Source: an uncultured bacterium (lineage in GTDB: Bacteria > Patescibacteriota > Patescibacteriia > UBA9570 > XYC2-FULL-38-9). Taken from it: a DNA stretch of 64,000 bases. Both the position numbers and the translations under genes were made by a program. The DNA lies in assembly GCA_937996685.1 (NCBI GenBank), contig CALKUP010000002.1, positions 113,066-177,065 on the forward strand, read 5' to 3'. Below, piece after piece: positions 41,220-50,642 of the stretch (position 1 is the stretch's first letter; each line of letters opens with the position of its first letter). The notes under the pieces were generated by a model. The model was given only the letters and a program-made list of their open reading frames with translations. It searched no databases and was not told where the DNA came from.

Positions 41220-42485
41220 ATGGAACGATTTATTATTCAAGGAGGACATCAGCTATCTGGAGAGATTCCAGTATTTGGTGCAAAAAATCATGCATTAAAG
41301 GCGCTTGCGGCTACGTTATTGTTTGAACGTGCTGTGCATGTTGAGAATGTCCCAATGGGAGAGGATGTACTACGAATGCTCGATATTATACGAACAATTG
41401 GCGGTTCAGTCAACGTTTCTGAAGACGTTGTTGATATTCTTCCGCCGACGACATTTGATGGTGTATTGCCAGAAGATTTAGTGCCGCAATTACGTGCATC
41501 ACTTGTGTTGCTTGGTCCGTTATTAACCCGTTTTGGTCGCGTATTATTACCGCACCCCGGCGGGGATAATATCGGAAAACGACCAATTGATTTTTTTCTT
41601 GAATTTACAAAAGCGATGGGAGCTGAGGTTGTTGAACATGATGCGGCATACGAATTCATCGCTCCGAACGGATTACAAGGAACGCGCTATTTTTTTCCAG
41701 TCCAAAGTCACACTGGAACGGAAACGATGATACTGGCAGCGGCGGGCGCGCACGGCACAACAGTGATTGAAAATGCATCATGCGAACCAGAAGTGGTTGC
41801 TCTTGCACAATGGCTGCGTGAATCAGGTGTTGCTATTTCAGGAGAAGGCACACAAACGATCGTGATTGAGGGTGGAGATGTTTCTGCGTTGGAACCTGCT
41901 CCGGCAATCATTATTCCTGATCGATTAGAAGCTGGATCGTTTTTAATTCTTGGTGCAGCGACAAATAGTGAACTCACAGTAACCGGTTGCGTTCCTGGAC
42001 ACCTCACAAGTCTTTTGCACGCCTTTGAAACAATGGGTATTCCGTATTCGATTGCTGGTGATGCAATTACTGTGCACACACATGAATCTCTCGCTCCTTT
42101 GCAGCTGGTGACACATGAGTATCCAGGATTTCCAACTGACCTACAGGCGCCGATGACGGTGTTATTAACGCAGGCAACAGGCCAAAGTGCGGTGCGAGAA
42201 ACAATTTACGAAGGTCGACTTTTTTATACCGACATGCTGAACAATATGGGTGCACAGATTCAAATGCTTGATCCATATCGTGTGACCGTTCAAGGAAAAA
42301 CAGCGTTATATGGTAAGTCAGTTGTCAGTCCGGATATTCGCGCAGGTATTGCGATGGTTATTGCTGGGTTGATTGCAACTGGCGAAACAACAATTGAGCA
42401 AATTTATCAAGTTGATCGAGGCTACTTACAAATAGAGCAGCGCTTGCAGCAGATAGGTGCGCAGATTCGTCGAGAGAAGCGTTAA
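41220..42485 (+). CDS. murA: UDP-N-acetylglucosamine 1-carboxyvinyltransferase
   Basis: N-terminus MERFIIQGGHQLSGEIPVFGAKN. Active-site region around ...GAKNH... About 420 aa. Confidence 0.9.
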   Translation: MERFIIQGGHQLSGEIPVFGAKNHALKALAATLLFERAVHVENVPMGEDVLRMLDIIRTIGGSVNVSEDVVDILPPTTFDGVLPEDLVPQLRASLVLLGPLLTRFGRVLLPHPGGDNIGKRPIDFFLEFTKAMGAEVVEHDAAYEFIAPNGLQGTRYFFPVQSHTGTETMILAAAGAHGTTVIENASCEPEVVALAQWLRESGVAISGEGTQTIVIEGGDVSALEPAPAIIIPDRLEAGSFLILGAATNSELTVTGCVPGHLTSLLHAFETMGIPYSIAGDAITVHTHESLAPLQLVTHEYPGFPTDLQAPMTVLLTQATGQSAVRETIYEGRLFYTDMLNNMGAQIQMLDPYRVTVQGKTALYGKSVVSPDIRAGIAMVIAGLIATGETTIEQIYQVDRGYLQIEQRLQQIGAQIRREKR

Positions 42486-42494
42486 TATAACTTT

Positions 42495-43814
42495 ATGGAA
42501 TTTGATATCAATACACAATTACAAAATAAAGCGATGCAAAAAAAACAACAAGCACACAAAGCCTTTCTTGGTTTCGTTTTTGTGCTCGTCTTTGTTGTCG
42601 GTTTAGGAGCTGGTTTTTTAACAGCAACCCTTTCGTCAGATGGGGCTGGAAATATCCAAGAGGCAAAAAATGCCTTACTCAATAAAAATGCAGATGACCT
42701 CTCATTATTTTGGGATGTTTGGAATGACGTGAAAGGCGATTACGTGCACCAACCAGTTGACGAAAAGCAATTAATGTACGGTGCAGTATCAGGGATCGTT
42801 CAGGGCTTAAATGATCCGTATTCAGTGTTTTTCACTCCTGATCAATCCAAAGAGTTCATGGATGAGATTAATGGTGAGTTTGAGGGCATTGGTGCTGAGG
42901 TGGCGATTAAAAATAATCAACTTGTTGTTGTGAGTCCAATCACGGGAAGTCCTGCGATGGCCGCTGGTGTGCAGCCAGGAGATGCAATTTTGCGTATCGA
43001 TGATGTTGATACAGCTGGTATGGATTTGAATACCGCGGTTGGTAAAATTCGTGGAAAAAAAGATACCGTGGTCACCTTGCAATTACAGCGTAATGGTGAA
43101 ACGCCGTTTGATGTAAAAATTACCCGAGATCGTATTCATATTGATAGTGTGACTTCAAAAAATATTGAAAAAGACGGCAAACGGATTGCGCATATTACAA
43201 TTTCACAATTCAATGGTGAGACTGCTGATTTATTTTCAAAAGCGGTCACAGAAGTAAAAGTCAATAAACCAGATGGGATTATCTTGGATTTACGGAATAA
43301 CCCAGGTGGGTATTTAGACGCGGCAGTTGAAGTAATTGGTCAGTTTGTTGAAAATGGGACACCAGTTGTCTATGAGCAAAAAAGTGATGGTCAAGATATT
43401 CCATATAAAACAAAAGGTGCGCCAACAATTGACGGTGTTCCGACAGTTGTATTAATGAATGCTGGATCTGCTTCAGCGTCAGAAATTGTCGCAGGTGCGT
43501 TACGTGATTATAAAAAAGCAACCTTGCTTGGCACTACGTCGTTTGGTAAGGGGACTGTGCAGGATGTGCGCTCATATGCTGATGGTTCAACGCTCAAGCT
43601 CACAATCGCGCAATGGCTCACTCCAAATAAAACAGCGATCAATAAAACAGGGGTTGTGCCAGATTTTTACAGCACGAATACAAAAGAAGATGTTGCAGCG
43701 GATAAAGATCCACAACTTGATGCCGCGACATTGTACTTTACAAATAACGCAGAATTTGTAAAAACAATACTACCTCCAACTGAGGAGCAGAAAAAACCAC
43801 TTGTAAAAGAATAA
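42495..43814 (+). CDS. ctpA: Carboxyl-terminal processing protease (S41 family) with a PDZ domain
   Basis: N-terminal TM. PDZ (GDAILRIDDV). Catalytic Ser in GSASASEIVAGAL. Lys in TTSFGKGTVQ. Confidence 0.85.
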   Translation: MEFDINTQLQNKAMQKKQQAHKAFLGFVFVLVFVVGLGAGFLTATLSSDGAGNIQEAKNALLNKNADDLSLFWDVWNDVKGDYVHQPVDEKQLMYGAVSGIVQGLNDPYSVFFTPDQSKEFMDEINGEFEGIGAEVAIKNNQLVVVSPITGSPAMAAGVQPGDAILRIDDVDTAGMDLNTAVGKIRGKKDTVVTLQLQRNGETPFDVKITRDRIHIDSVTSKNIEKDGKRIAHITISQFNGETADLFSKAVTEVKVNKPDGIILDLRNNPGGYLDAAVEVIGQFVENGTPVVYEQKSDGQDIPYKTKGAPTIDGVPTVVLMNAGSASASEIVAGALRDYKKATLLGTTSFGKGTVQDVRSYADGSTLKLTIAQWLTPNKTAINKTGVVPDFYSTNTKEDVAADKDPQLDAATLYFTNNAEFVKTILPPTEEQKKPLVKE

Positions 43815-43822
43815 GAAGAATT

Positions 43823-44245
43823 ATGAAAGTTGTTATTAAAAAAACCGGACAAGTTAAAAATGTACCAGATGGATACGCGCGCAATTTCCTAATCCCAAAA
43901 GGTTTGGCAGTGCCAGCAACTGATGACGCTGTTGCGCAGGCTGCAAAAGGGCAGGCGGCAGCAAAAGCGCAACGCGAACAAGAAGAGCGTGAATGGGAAG
44001 AAATGAAGCGAACGCTCGGAGGCGTGACGATTCAATTGCAATTACCAGCAAATGACGCAGGGTTGTTGTTTGGCGCGGTGACTGCAAAAGAATTGGTCGC
44101 GGCTCTCAAAGAGCAGTGCTTTACAGTGCAACCGCAATGGTTTGTTGACGGTGTGCATATTAAACAGGTTGGAGAGCATGCAGTCTCGATTCATTTGCCA
44201 AATAAAGCAGTTGTTTCAATTCAATGCATTGTGCAAAAACAGTAG
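43823..44245 (+). CDS. rplI: 50S ribosomal protein L9
   Basis: MKVVIKKTGQVKNVPDGYARNFLIPKGLA N-terminal domain. 140 aa. Confidence 0.8.
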   Translation: MKVVIKKTGQVKNVPDGYARNFLIPKGLAVPATDDAVAQAAKGQAAAKAQREQEEREWEEMKRTLGGVTIQLQLPANDAGLLFGAVTAKELVAALKEQCFTVQPQWFVDGVHIKQVGEHAVSIHLPNKAVVSIQCIVQKQ

Positions 44246-44265
44246 TTGTTGTTTGTTTTGCTTCG

Positions 44266-44274
44266 TGATATACT
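44266..44274 (+). promoter_or_regulatory. Extended -10 TGATATACT upstream of pyrG
   Basis: TGaTATACT 44266-44274. pyrG ATG 44309. Confidence 0.4.
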
Positions 44275-44308
44275 CATTTTTTGAATTAATTTCCTCTTAT
44301 TTTTTTGT

Positions 44309-45988
44309 ATGGCAAAAGTAACCAAAAAAGGTAGTCGCAAAAAAGCGTATGCCCCGAAATATGTTTTTGTTGTTGGTGGTGTGATGTCGTCTGTTGGAAA
44401 AGGTGTTGCAGCGTCATCGATTGCATTAATTTTGCAATCACGTGGCTATCGAATCACTGCGATGAAAGCTGATCCATACATTAACGTTGATGCCGGAACA
44501 ATGAACCCAACAGAACACGGAGAAGTGTTTGTCACTGCTGACGGTGATGAAACAGATCAAGATATTGGGAACTATGAACGGTTTTTACATCAAGATATTC
44601 ATAAAGTAAATTACATGACAACAGGTCGTGTCTATTTGGATGTTATTCAACAAGAGCGTAATTTACAGTACCAAGGGAAGTGCGTTGAGGTTGTGCCGCA
44701 TATTCCATTGAATATTATTTCTCGGATTAAAAAAGCGCAAAAAACAGATGATGCTGAAATTACTGTTATTGAAATCGGCGGAACAGTTGGGGAATATCAA
44801 AGTGCGTTGTTTTTAGAAGCGGCTCGCATGATGAAAAATGAGCGTCCAGAAGATGTGGCGATTGTGCTTGTGAGTTACTTGCCTGTGCCATCAGCAGTTG
44901 GTGAGATGAAAACAAAGCCGACACAAACAGCAGTTCGTCAATTAAATGAAGCTGGTTTGCAAGCGGACTTTATTATTGCGCGTAGTGAAAAACCGATTGA
45001 TGCTGTTCGTAAAGAAAAGTTATCTGTATTCTGTGCGGTGAAACCAGAGAATATTATCGCAGCGCCAAATATTGATAGTATTTATGCGGTGCCACAAGCC
45101 TTTGAAGATGAAGGTCTTGGGGTTGCGATGTTGAAGACATTGAAATTAAAAACAAAGCGCGTGACAGCAAAAACAGCACTTGAGCAATTAAATGCTGTTG
45201 TGAACGTTTCGCGTACAGCAAAAGATACGGTAAAAATTGCGGTTGTTGGAAAGTATTTCGCAACTGGTGAATTTGTATTGTCAGATGTGTATATTTCTGT
45301 CATCGAGGCATTGAAACACGCGGCATGGAGTCAAAAACGTCAAATTGAATTGACATGGGTTGATGCAGAGGATTATGAAACGCATCCAAATAAGGTAAAA
45401 GAGTTGGGTGATTTTGATGGCGTGCTTGTGCCTGGAGGTTTTGGATCACGAGCGATCGAAGGAAAAATTCGAGCGATTCAATATGTCCGTGAAAACAAGA
45501 TTCCATACTTTGGCTTGTGTTACGGTATGCAATTGGCATGTGTTGAAGTGGCGCGAAATGTTGCTGGTCTTACTGGTGCGCACACTGTTGAAATTGATCA
45601 ACAAACAGATCATCCGATTATTATTGTGAATCCGAATCAAAAAAATAACATCGAAGCAAAACAATACGGCGGAACACTTCGCCTTGGAAGTTACCGTTGT
45701 GATCTCGCTCCTGGAAGCAAGACACAAAAAGCGTATGGCGTGAATACTGTTTCAGAGCGTCATCGTCATCGATATGAATTTAACAATGATTACGTTGATC
45801 AATTAGAAAATGCTGGGCTGGTTATTTCTGGAATTAACCCAGAACAAGGCTTGGTTGAAATTGTTGAATTAAAAGATCATCCGTGGTTTGTTGGTACGCA
45901 ATTTCATCCGGAGTTCTTGTCTCGTCCGTTGACACCGCATCCGTTATTTGTTGGTTTTGTTAAAGCAGCTATTGTCCGCAGCAAGTAA
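44309..45988 (+). CDS. pyrG: CTP synthase
   Basis: KYVFVVGGVMSSVGKG, GATase domain GLCYGMQLA, HRHRYEFN. Confidence 0.95.
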   Translation: MAKVTKKGSRKKAYAPKYVFVVGGVMSSVGKGVAASSIALILQSRGYRITAMKADPYINVDAGTMNPTEHGEVFVTADGDETDQDIGNYERFLHQDIHKVNYMTTGRVYLDVIQQERNLQYQGKCVEVVPHIPLNIISRIKKAQKTDDAEITVIEIGGTVGEYQSALFLEAARMMKNERPEDVAIVLVSYLPVPSAVGEMKTKPTQTAVRQLNEAGLQADFIIARSEKPIDAVRKEKLSVFCAVKPENIIAAPNIDSIYAVPQAFEDEGLGVAMLKTLKLKTKRVTAKTALEQLNAVVNVSRTAKDTVKIAVVGKYFATGEFVLSDVYISVIEALKHAAWSQKRQIELTWVDAEDYETHPNKVKELGDFDGVLVPGGFGSRAIEGKIRAIQYVRENKIPYFGLCYGMQLACVEVARNVAGLTGAHTVEIDQQTDHPIIIVNPNQKNNIEAKQYGGTLRLGSYRCDLAPGSKTQKAYGVNTVSERHRHRYEFNNDYVDQLENAGLVISGINPEQGLVEIVELKDHPWFVGTQFHPEFLSRPLTPHPLFVGFVKAAIVRSK

Positions 45989-46002
45989 TCAATGAAAATA
46001 AA

Positions 46003-46033
46003 AAAGACGCTCGATCGGTGAGCGTCTTTTTTA
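46003..46033. terminator. Bidirectional rho-independent terminator between pyrG (+) and rpmA (-)
   Basis: A-run, agacgctc-gatcggt-gagcgtct, T-run. Confidence 0.6.
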
Positions 46034-46043
46034 TTGTGTGTAT

Positions 46044-46325
46044 TTATTGTTTTTCAACAACGGATACAGTTTGGATGGTTTTGAGAAGTCCTGTGAAACG
46101 TTTTACTTTTTTCTTGGTGAATTTTACAACGCCAGGAACGATTGCGTAAATTGTGTCATCTTCGCCAATGCGTGTGCCAACTCCTGGACGGAATTTGCTT
46201 CCACGTTGTCGAATGAGGATGTTTCCGGATTCAACGGTCTGACCACCGTATTTTTTAACACCGAGACGCTTTGCTTTCGAATCGCGTCCCAGATTGGTCG
46301 AGCCACCGGCCTTGGTATGTGCCAT
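46044..46325 (-). CDS. rpmA: 50S ribosomal protein L27
   Basis: [29 protein letters not shown] canonical L27 N-terminus. Confidence 0.9.
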   Translation of the reverse strand: MAHTKAGGSTNLGRDSKAKRLGVKKYGGQTVESGNILIRQRGSKFRPGVGTRIGEDDTIYAIVPGVVKFTKKKVKRFTGLLKTIQTVSVVEKQ

Positions 46326-46399
46326 AGGTTACAGATTAGGATAAATATCAATGACTTTTTTCAATAATTTGAAGTCCGCAATAGCATACCATAGAGTGA

Positions 46400-46429
46400 T
46401 TGACGTGTCAATTTCTTTCACGCTATACT
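46400..46429 (+). promoter_or_regulatory. Sigma70-like promoter TTGACG-18-TATACT; ATG at 46436 is 6 nt downstream (leaderless)
   Basis: TTGACG 46400-46405, TATACT 46424-46429. A divergent TGGTATGCT for rpmA lies on the minus strand at 46383-46391. Confidence 0.45.
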
Positions 46430-46435
46430 ATATGC

Positions 46436-46822
46436 ATGTCTATTGAAGCCCGAAAAGGGATTGAGCCCACTCGATTTTTTGAACGCGTCCGTTTTTTGCC
46501 CGCACCATTTTGGATTGGTTTTCTGTTGGTATTCATTATTAATGCCGCGCAGTGGGGGTACATTTTGTGGAAGTTTCCGCCAATTGAAGGGGTGGTTTTT
46601 TTACATTACACAATCTACTTTGGCGTTGATATCACCGGACAATGGTGGAATATACTCCTGATTCCAGGAGCTGGACTGTTATTTTTTGTTCTGAATACTT
46701 TAGTTGTATTCTGGTCGTATTTTCGGTATCCGTTGATTGCCTGGGTGTCCGTGGTCTTTTCAGGGATTATGAATGCGCTTATATTACTTGGCCTCTATTT
46801 TATTATTCACGTAAACGCATAA
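46436..46822 (+). CDS. Hypothetical polytopic membrane protein
   Basis: 4 TM helices. The ORF track start at 46400 is a TTG inside the -35, so the ATG at 46436 is preferred. Confidence 0.45.
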   Translation: MSIEARKGIEPTRFFERVRFLPAPFWIGFLLVFIINAAQWGYILWKFPPIEGVVFLHYTIYFGVDITGQWWNILLIPGAGLLFFVLNTLVVFWSYFRYPLIAWVSVVFSGIMNALILLGLYFIIHVNA

Positions 46823-46826
46823 TTGT

Positions 46827-47897
46827 ATGTCTTTGACTGTCTGGGTTGCTGTAAAAATTTTATTACTCGCGTCAATTTCTTTTATTACAGCAATGCTGTG
46901 GACCCCGCTCCTGACACGTTTTTTGTATGCCTATAAAATGGGGAAGAATATTCGTAATGACAATAACGCAACTCCGTTGTTCTCGAAAATGCATCAACAT
47001 AAAAAAGGAACGCCAACAATGGGTGGCGTGCTGATTTGGGGGACAACGCTTGTATTGTCTTTGATTTGTGCGCTTGGTGTGCAATTTCCTGGTTCAATTT
47101 TCCCCCCAGAGATGAATTTTTTGACACGTCGTGAAACATTACTCCCACTTGGTGCGTTGATTATGTCCGCTCTTGTTGGTTTAATTGATGACATTATTGA
47201 TATTCGTCGCGCTGGAAAAGGCGGCGGGGGAATGGCAATGCGCTATCGATTATTGATTTATTCTGGTATCGCTGTGCTCGCTGCGTATTGGTTTGTTTCA
47301 AAGCTTGATTGGACAATTTTGCATATCCCATTTTGGGGGAACATTGAACTCGGTGTATTTGCGTTGCCGGCATTCTTTTTTGTTATTGTTGCAACTGCGT
47401 TTTCTGTAAACGAAACAGACGGACTCGATGGACTTGCAGGCGGTGTGCTTCTTGGTGCATTCACGGCATTTTCTGGTATTGCATTTATGCAAAGCCGCTT
47501 TGACCTTGCGGTATTTTGCGCGGTGATTGGTGGTTCATTGCTGGCATTTTTGTGGTTCAATATTCACCCGGCCCGTTTTTTCATGGGGGATACTGGCTCA
47601 ATGCCGCTTGGGATTACGCTGGCAATTGTCGCGATTTACACAAACACCGTTTGGTTGCTGCCGGTGATTGGATTTATTCTTGTCATGGAATCTGTTTCAG
47701 TTCTGGTGCAGTGGACATCAAAATTGCTTCGCAATGGAAAAAAGATTTTTCACTCAACGCCAATTCACCATCACTTTGAGGCAATTGGTTGGGAAGAGCC
47801 AAAAATCGTGATGCGGTTTTGGATCATTTCAGCGGTCTTTTCAATTCTAGGAATTGTCCTGTATCTTCTTGATCGCAGTATTTTAGGCCACCTCTAA
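46827..47897 (+). CDS. mraY: Phospho-N-acetylmuramoyl-pentapeptide transferase
   Basis: HQHKKGTPTMGG, NETDGLDGLAGG and DD..D motifs. 10 TM helices. Confidence 0.8.
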   Translation: MSLTVWVAVKILLLASISFITAMLWTPLLTRFLYAYKMGKNIRNDNNATPLFSKMHQHKKGTPTMGGVLIWGTTLVLSLICALGVQFPGSIFPPEMNFLTRRETLLPLGALIMSALVGLIDDIIDIRRAGKGGGGMAMRYRLLIYSGIAVLAAYWFVSKLDWTILHIPFWGNIELGVFALPAFFFVIVATAFSVNETDGLDGLAGGVLLGAFTAFSGIAFMQSRFDLAVFCAVIGGSLLAFLWFNIHPARFFMGDTGSMPLGITLAIVAIYTNTVWLLPVIGFILVMESVSVLVQWTSKLLRNGKKIFHSTPIHHHFEAIGWEEPKIVMRFWIISAVFSILGIVLYLLDRSILGHL

Positions 47898-47915
47898 AGA
47901 GTGTCAAATAGACTA

Positions 47916-48023
47916 TTGCGCAAGAAACGGCAGGATACTAAAGAGTACCATTGATACAATTGCAATCAGCGCGAGAACAAGGTATACTTTTTCCTGCCAG
48001 GATTTTTTTCGTTTACTCATATA
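47916..48023 (-). CDS. Unannotated small membrane peptide (35 aa: MSKRKKSWQEKVYLVLALIAIVSMVLFSILPFLAQ)
   Basis: Below the 60-aa ORF cutoff. -10 TATACT (minus strand, + coordinates 48031-48036) sits 7 nt before the ATG, the same leaderless architecture as other genes here. Basic N-terminus plus one TM helix. Confidence 0.3.
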
Positions 48024-48058
48024 GGAGAGTATACAAAAACCCAGTGTCTTTCGCAAGC

Positions 48059-48592
48059 ATGACAAGAAAACCAAAAAAACAACAAAAAACCCTCAAAAAA
48101 CGATTTCGTTTGTTTTCTCGAGCGCAAAAATTACCAAATAGAACACCTGCAGCGTTAGGAGGCACTGGGTCATCTATTGAAGTGAAGCGATTTTTTGATA
48201 CGCGTTTATTTGTTATGGTGTTGCTGCTGATCACCGGTTTTTTGTTTGTTTCGGTGACGCGTGAAGCAGTGCGTCGTGTGCAGATTGGTCGTGAAATCCG
48301 AACGGTCAAGCAAGAAATCGCAAAGCAAGAAGCGAGGAATGCACAGATGGCTGTACTTACAAAAGTGCTCAATACAAGTACCGCACAAGAAAAGCAAAGT
48401 CGTTTAACGCTCAATTCAATTATCCCTGGTGAAACAGTCGTGATTATTGAGTCAGACAACACGGCTTCTGCACAAGATTCTGAAAGTGAAGTTCTTTTGC
48501 CAAATGGTGAAACAGTTGATACTATATCAGGCAGGACTACGCAAACCAGTAATCCAAAGAAGTGGTTTGATTATTTTTTTAGTAATATTTAA
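48059..48592 (+). CDS. FtsL/DivIC-like septum-formation membrane protein
   Basis: Basic cytoplasmic N-terminus. Single TM LFVMVLLLITGFLFVSV. Coiled-coil VQIGREIRTVKQEIAKQEARNAQ. Start at the ATG at 48059 preferred over the ORF track start at 47951. Confidence 0.45.
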   Translation: MTRKPKKQQKTLKKRFRLFSRAQKLPNRTPAALGGTGSSIEVKRFFDTRLFVMVLLLITGFLFVSVTREAVRRVQIGREIRTVKQEIAKQEARNAQMAVLTKVLNTSTAQEKQSRLTLNSIIPGETVVIIESDNTASAQDSESEVLLPNGETVDTISGRTTQTSNPKKWFDYFFSNI

Positions 48593-48601
48593 TTATCACG
48601 T

Positions 48602-49660
48602 ATGAATGAAATGAATACAGGTCTTCCAAAAACTGAACCGGTTGCCGAGGCAGCTTCTTCAGTTGTAAAAGAAGATGCAACAGGATCAGTGGCGCCTTCT
48701 GCCGGCTCAACAGCTGTGACAGACGCTGAAAAAGCATTAAAGAAAACCAAGCGAATGATGTTTGCTGCAATTGCGGTCATTGCTGTCTTGGTATTGTTAA
48801 TGGTCTTTGGTGGTGGGTATTGGTTGGTCTATGTTGCGCAATCACAAAACGGTGCAGTGACAACAGTCAAGAATGCATTGCCATTGCCAATTGGAATGGT
48901 TGATTCACATATCTTGCCATTAAAAACATTTGAAAAGCGAGTAGCTGCTACAGAGCATTTTTATAAAAAACAAGAAGAGTTGAATTTAGGATTGGCTCAA
49001 AATCCCGGATCTGCAGAAATTCGTAAACAAGAATTTACTCGTCTCGTTGAAGGTGTTGCTCTTGCAGATTACGCGAAAGAACAAGGTGTGAGTGTATCTG
49101 ATCAAGAAGTAAACGACTATTTTGATAAAACAATTTTGCCACAAGCAAAGGGTGGTATTGATGAAGTGACATCAACATTGAAAGATTTGTATGATTGGTC
49201 AGTGGATGATTTCAAAAAAGAAATCTTAACAGAAGCAGTATTGCGCAATAAATTGCAAGACAAATTGTCAAAAGACGATTCTCAAAATGCTGACGCGAAA
49301 GCCAAGATTGATCAATTATATGCTGATGTTAAAGACGGTAAGAAATCTTTTGAAGATGCAGCAAAAGAATCAAGTGATGATACAGTTTCAGCAGAACAAG
49401 GTGGTTCATTGGGAACAATTTCAAAAGGTCAAACCGTTGCTGAGTTTGAAGATAAGGCGTTTTCAACACCAATTGGTGAGCTGAGTGCGCCGTTTACAAG
49501 TCAATATGGTTGGCATATCTTGAAGGTGACAAAGCGTGACGATGCTGTCGGAACTGCAGAAGTGAGTCATATTCTTGTCATGACAAAGCAATTGGATGAT
49601 GTGATTCAAGCGCGTGTCAAAGCAGCGACAGTGCGTCCGTTTATGGCAGATTTGCAATAA
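48602..49660 (+). CDS. PpiC-type peptidyl-prolyl cis-trans isomerase (PrsA/SurA-like), membrane-anchored
   Basis: Parvulin motif FSTPIGELSAPFTSQYGWHILKV. N-terminal TM helix. Confidence 0.75.
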   Translation: MNEMNTGLPKTEPVAEAASSVVKEDATGSVAPSAGSTAVTDAEKALKKTKRMMFAAIAVIAVLVLLMVFGGGYWLVYVAQSQNGAVTTVKNALPLPIGMVDSHILPLKTFEKRVAATEHFYKKQEELNLGLAQNPGSAEIRKQEFTRLVEGVALADYAKEQGVSVSDQEVNDYFDKTILPQAKGGIDEVTSTLKDLYDWSVDDFKKEILTEAVLRNKLQDKLSKDDSQNADAKAKIDQLYADVKDGKKSFEDAAKESSDDTVSAEQGGSLGTISKGQTVAEFEDKAFSTPIGELSAPFTSQYGWHILKVTKRDDAVGTAEVSHILVMTKQLDDVIQARVKAATVRPFMADLQ

Positions 49661-49683
49661 TGTTTCTCTGATATAAAAATAAA

Positions 49684-49711
49684 AAATCCGCTACTAAAAG
49701 CGGATTTTTTA
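49684..49711. terminator. Bidirectional rho-independent terminator between the ppiC-like gene (+) and tRNA-Thr (-)
   Basis: A6-tccgc-tactaaaa-gcgga-T6. Confidence 0.6.
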
Positions 49712-49713
49712 TT

Positions 49714-49789
49714 TGGAGCCGAGGCCGAGGATCGAACTCGGGACCTACACGTTACGAATGTGTCGCTCTGCCAACTGAGCTACATCGGC
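49714..49789 (-). tRNA. tRNA-Thr (anticodon CGU), CCA encoded
   Basis: Manual cloverleaf: acceptor GCCGATG/CCTCGGC (one mismatch), D-arm GCTC-AGTTGGCA-GAGC, anticodon loop TTCGTAA, T-arm CCGAG-TTCGATC-CTCGG, TCCA 3' end. Confidence 0.8.
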
Positions 49790-49907
49790 ATGGATGAAAT
49801 GAACGTCCTGTCATTTTCATATACTTGTTTCCAGAACAGTTCGGTAAATGAGCTCGTGCCCGGAACGGGTACTATCTTCATGGGTGCAAGTCAAAGTATA
49901 AAGAGGA

Positions 49908-49936
49908 TTGTCGCAAAGGTCAATTTCCTGTATACT
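49908..49936 (+). promoter_or_regulatory. Sigma70-like promoter TTGTCG-17-TATACT upstream of ftsE
   Basis: TTGTCG 49908-49913, TATACT 49931-49936. ftsE ATG 49960. Confidence 0.4.
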
Positions 49937-49959
49937 GCCTCGTATAGAAAACTTCTCTT

Positions 49960-50640
49960 ATGATTGAATTTCACAATGTTACAAAGTCATATCCAGACGG
50001 AACGCACGCATTACAAAATGCCTCTTTTTCCATTGAGCCAGGTGAATTTGTTTCAATTGTTGGTCAAAGTGGAGCAGGAAAAACAACAGTTGCTCGGTTA
50101 ATTATTGCAGAGGAGTTTGCAAGCAAAGGAAAAGTAGTGATCGGTGGTTGGGATATTACGAATATCAAACACCGTCAAATCCCAGTCTTGCGTCGTCAGA
50201 TTGGTGTAGTGTTCCAAGATTTTAAATTATTGCAACGCAAGACAGTCTATGAAAATGTTGCCTTTGGTTTAGAGGTGTGTGGAACGACTCCGGAAAAAAT
50301 TGCGAAAATTGTTCCTCAAGTATTAAAAATCGTTGGTTTGCAAGGCAAGGCGGAAAAATTTCCTGAGCAGTTGTCAGGAGGTGAACAACAACGGGTTGTG
50401 ATTGCAAGGTCTTTGGTCCATCGTCCAAAAATTTTATTAGCGGATGAGCCGACAGGAAATCTTGATACCATTACCGCTAACGAAATTATTGATTTGTTGC
50501 TCAAAATTAACCAGCTTGGCACCACGGTTGTGATGGTGACGCATAATCCTGATATTGTGAATCGCTTGCAGAAGCGGGTCATTACCATTGAAAAAGGAAA
50601 GATTATCGCAGATAAACAAAAGGGAAGTTATCATTTATAA
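49960..50640 (+). CDS. ftsE: Cell division ATP-binding protein FtsE (ABC ATPase)
   Basis: Walker A GQSGAGKTT, ABC signature LSGGEQQRV, Walker B LLADEPTGNLD. Confidence 0.9.
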   Translation: MIEFHNVTKSYPDGTHALQNASFSIEPGEFVSIVGQSGAGKTTVARLIIAEEFASKGKVVIGGWDITNIKHRQIPVLRRQIGVVFQDFKLLQRKTVYENVAFGLEVCGTTPEKIAKIVPQVLKIVGLQGKAEKFPEQLSGGEQQRVVIARSLVHRPKILLADEPTGNLDTITANEIIDLLLKINQLGTTVVMVTHNPDIVNRLQKRVITIEKGKIIADKQKGSYHL

Positions 50641-50642
50641 GT

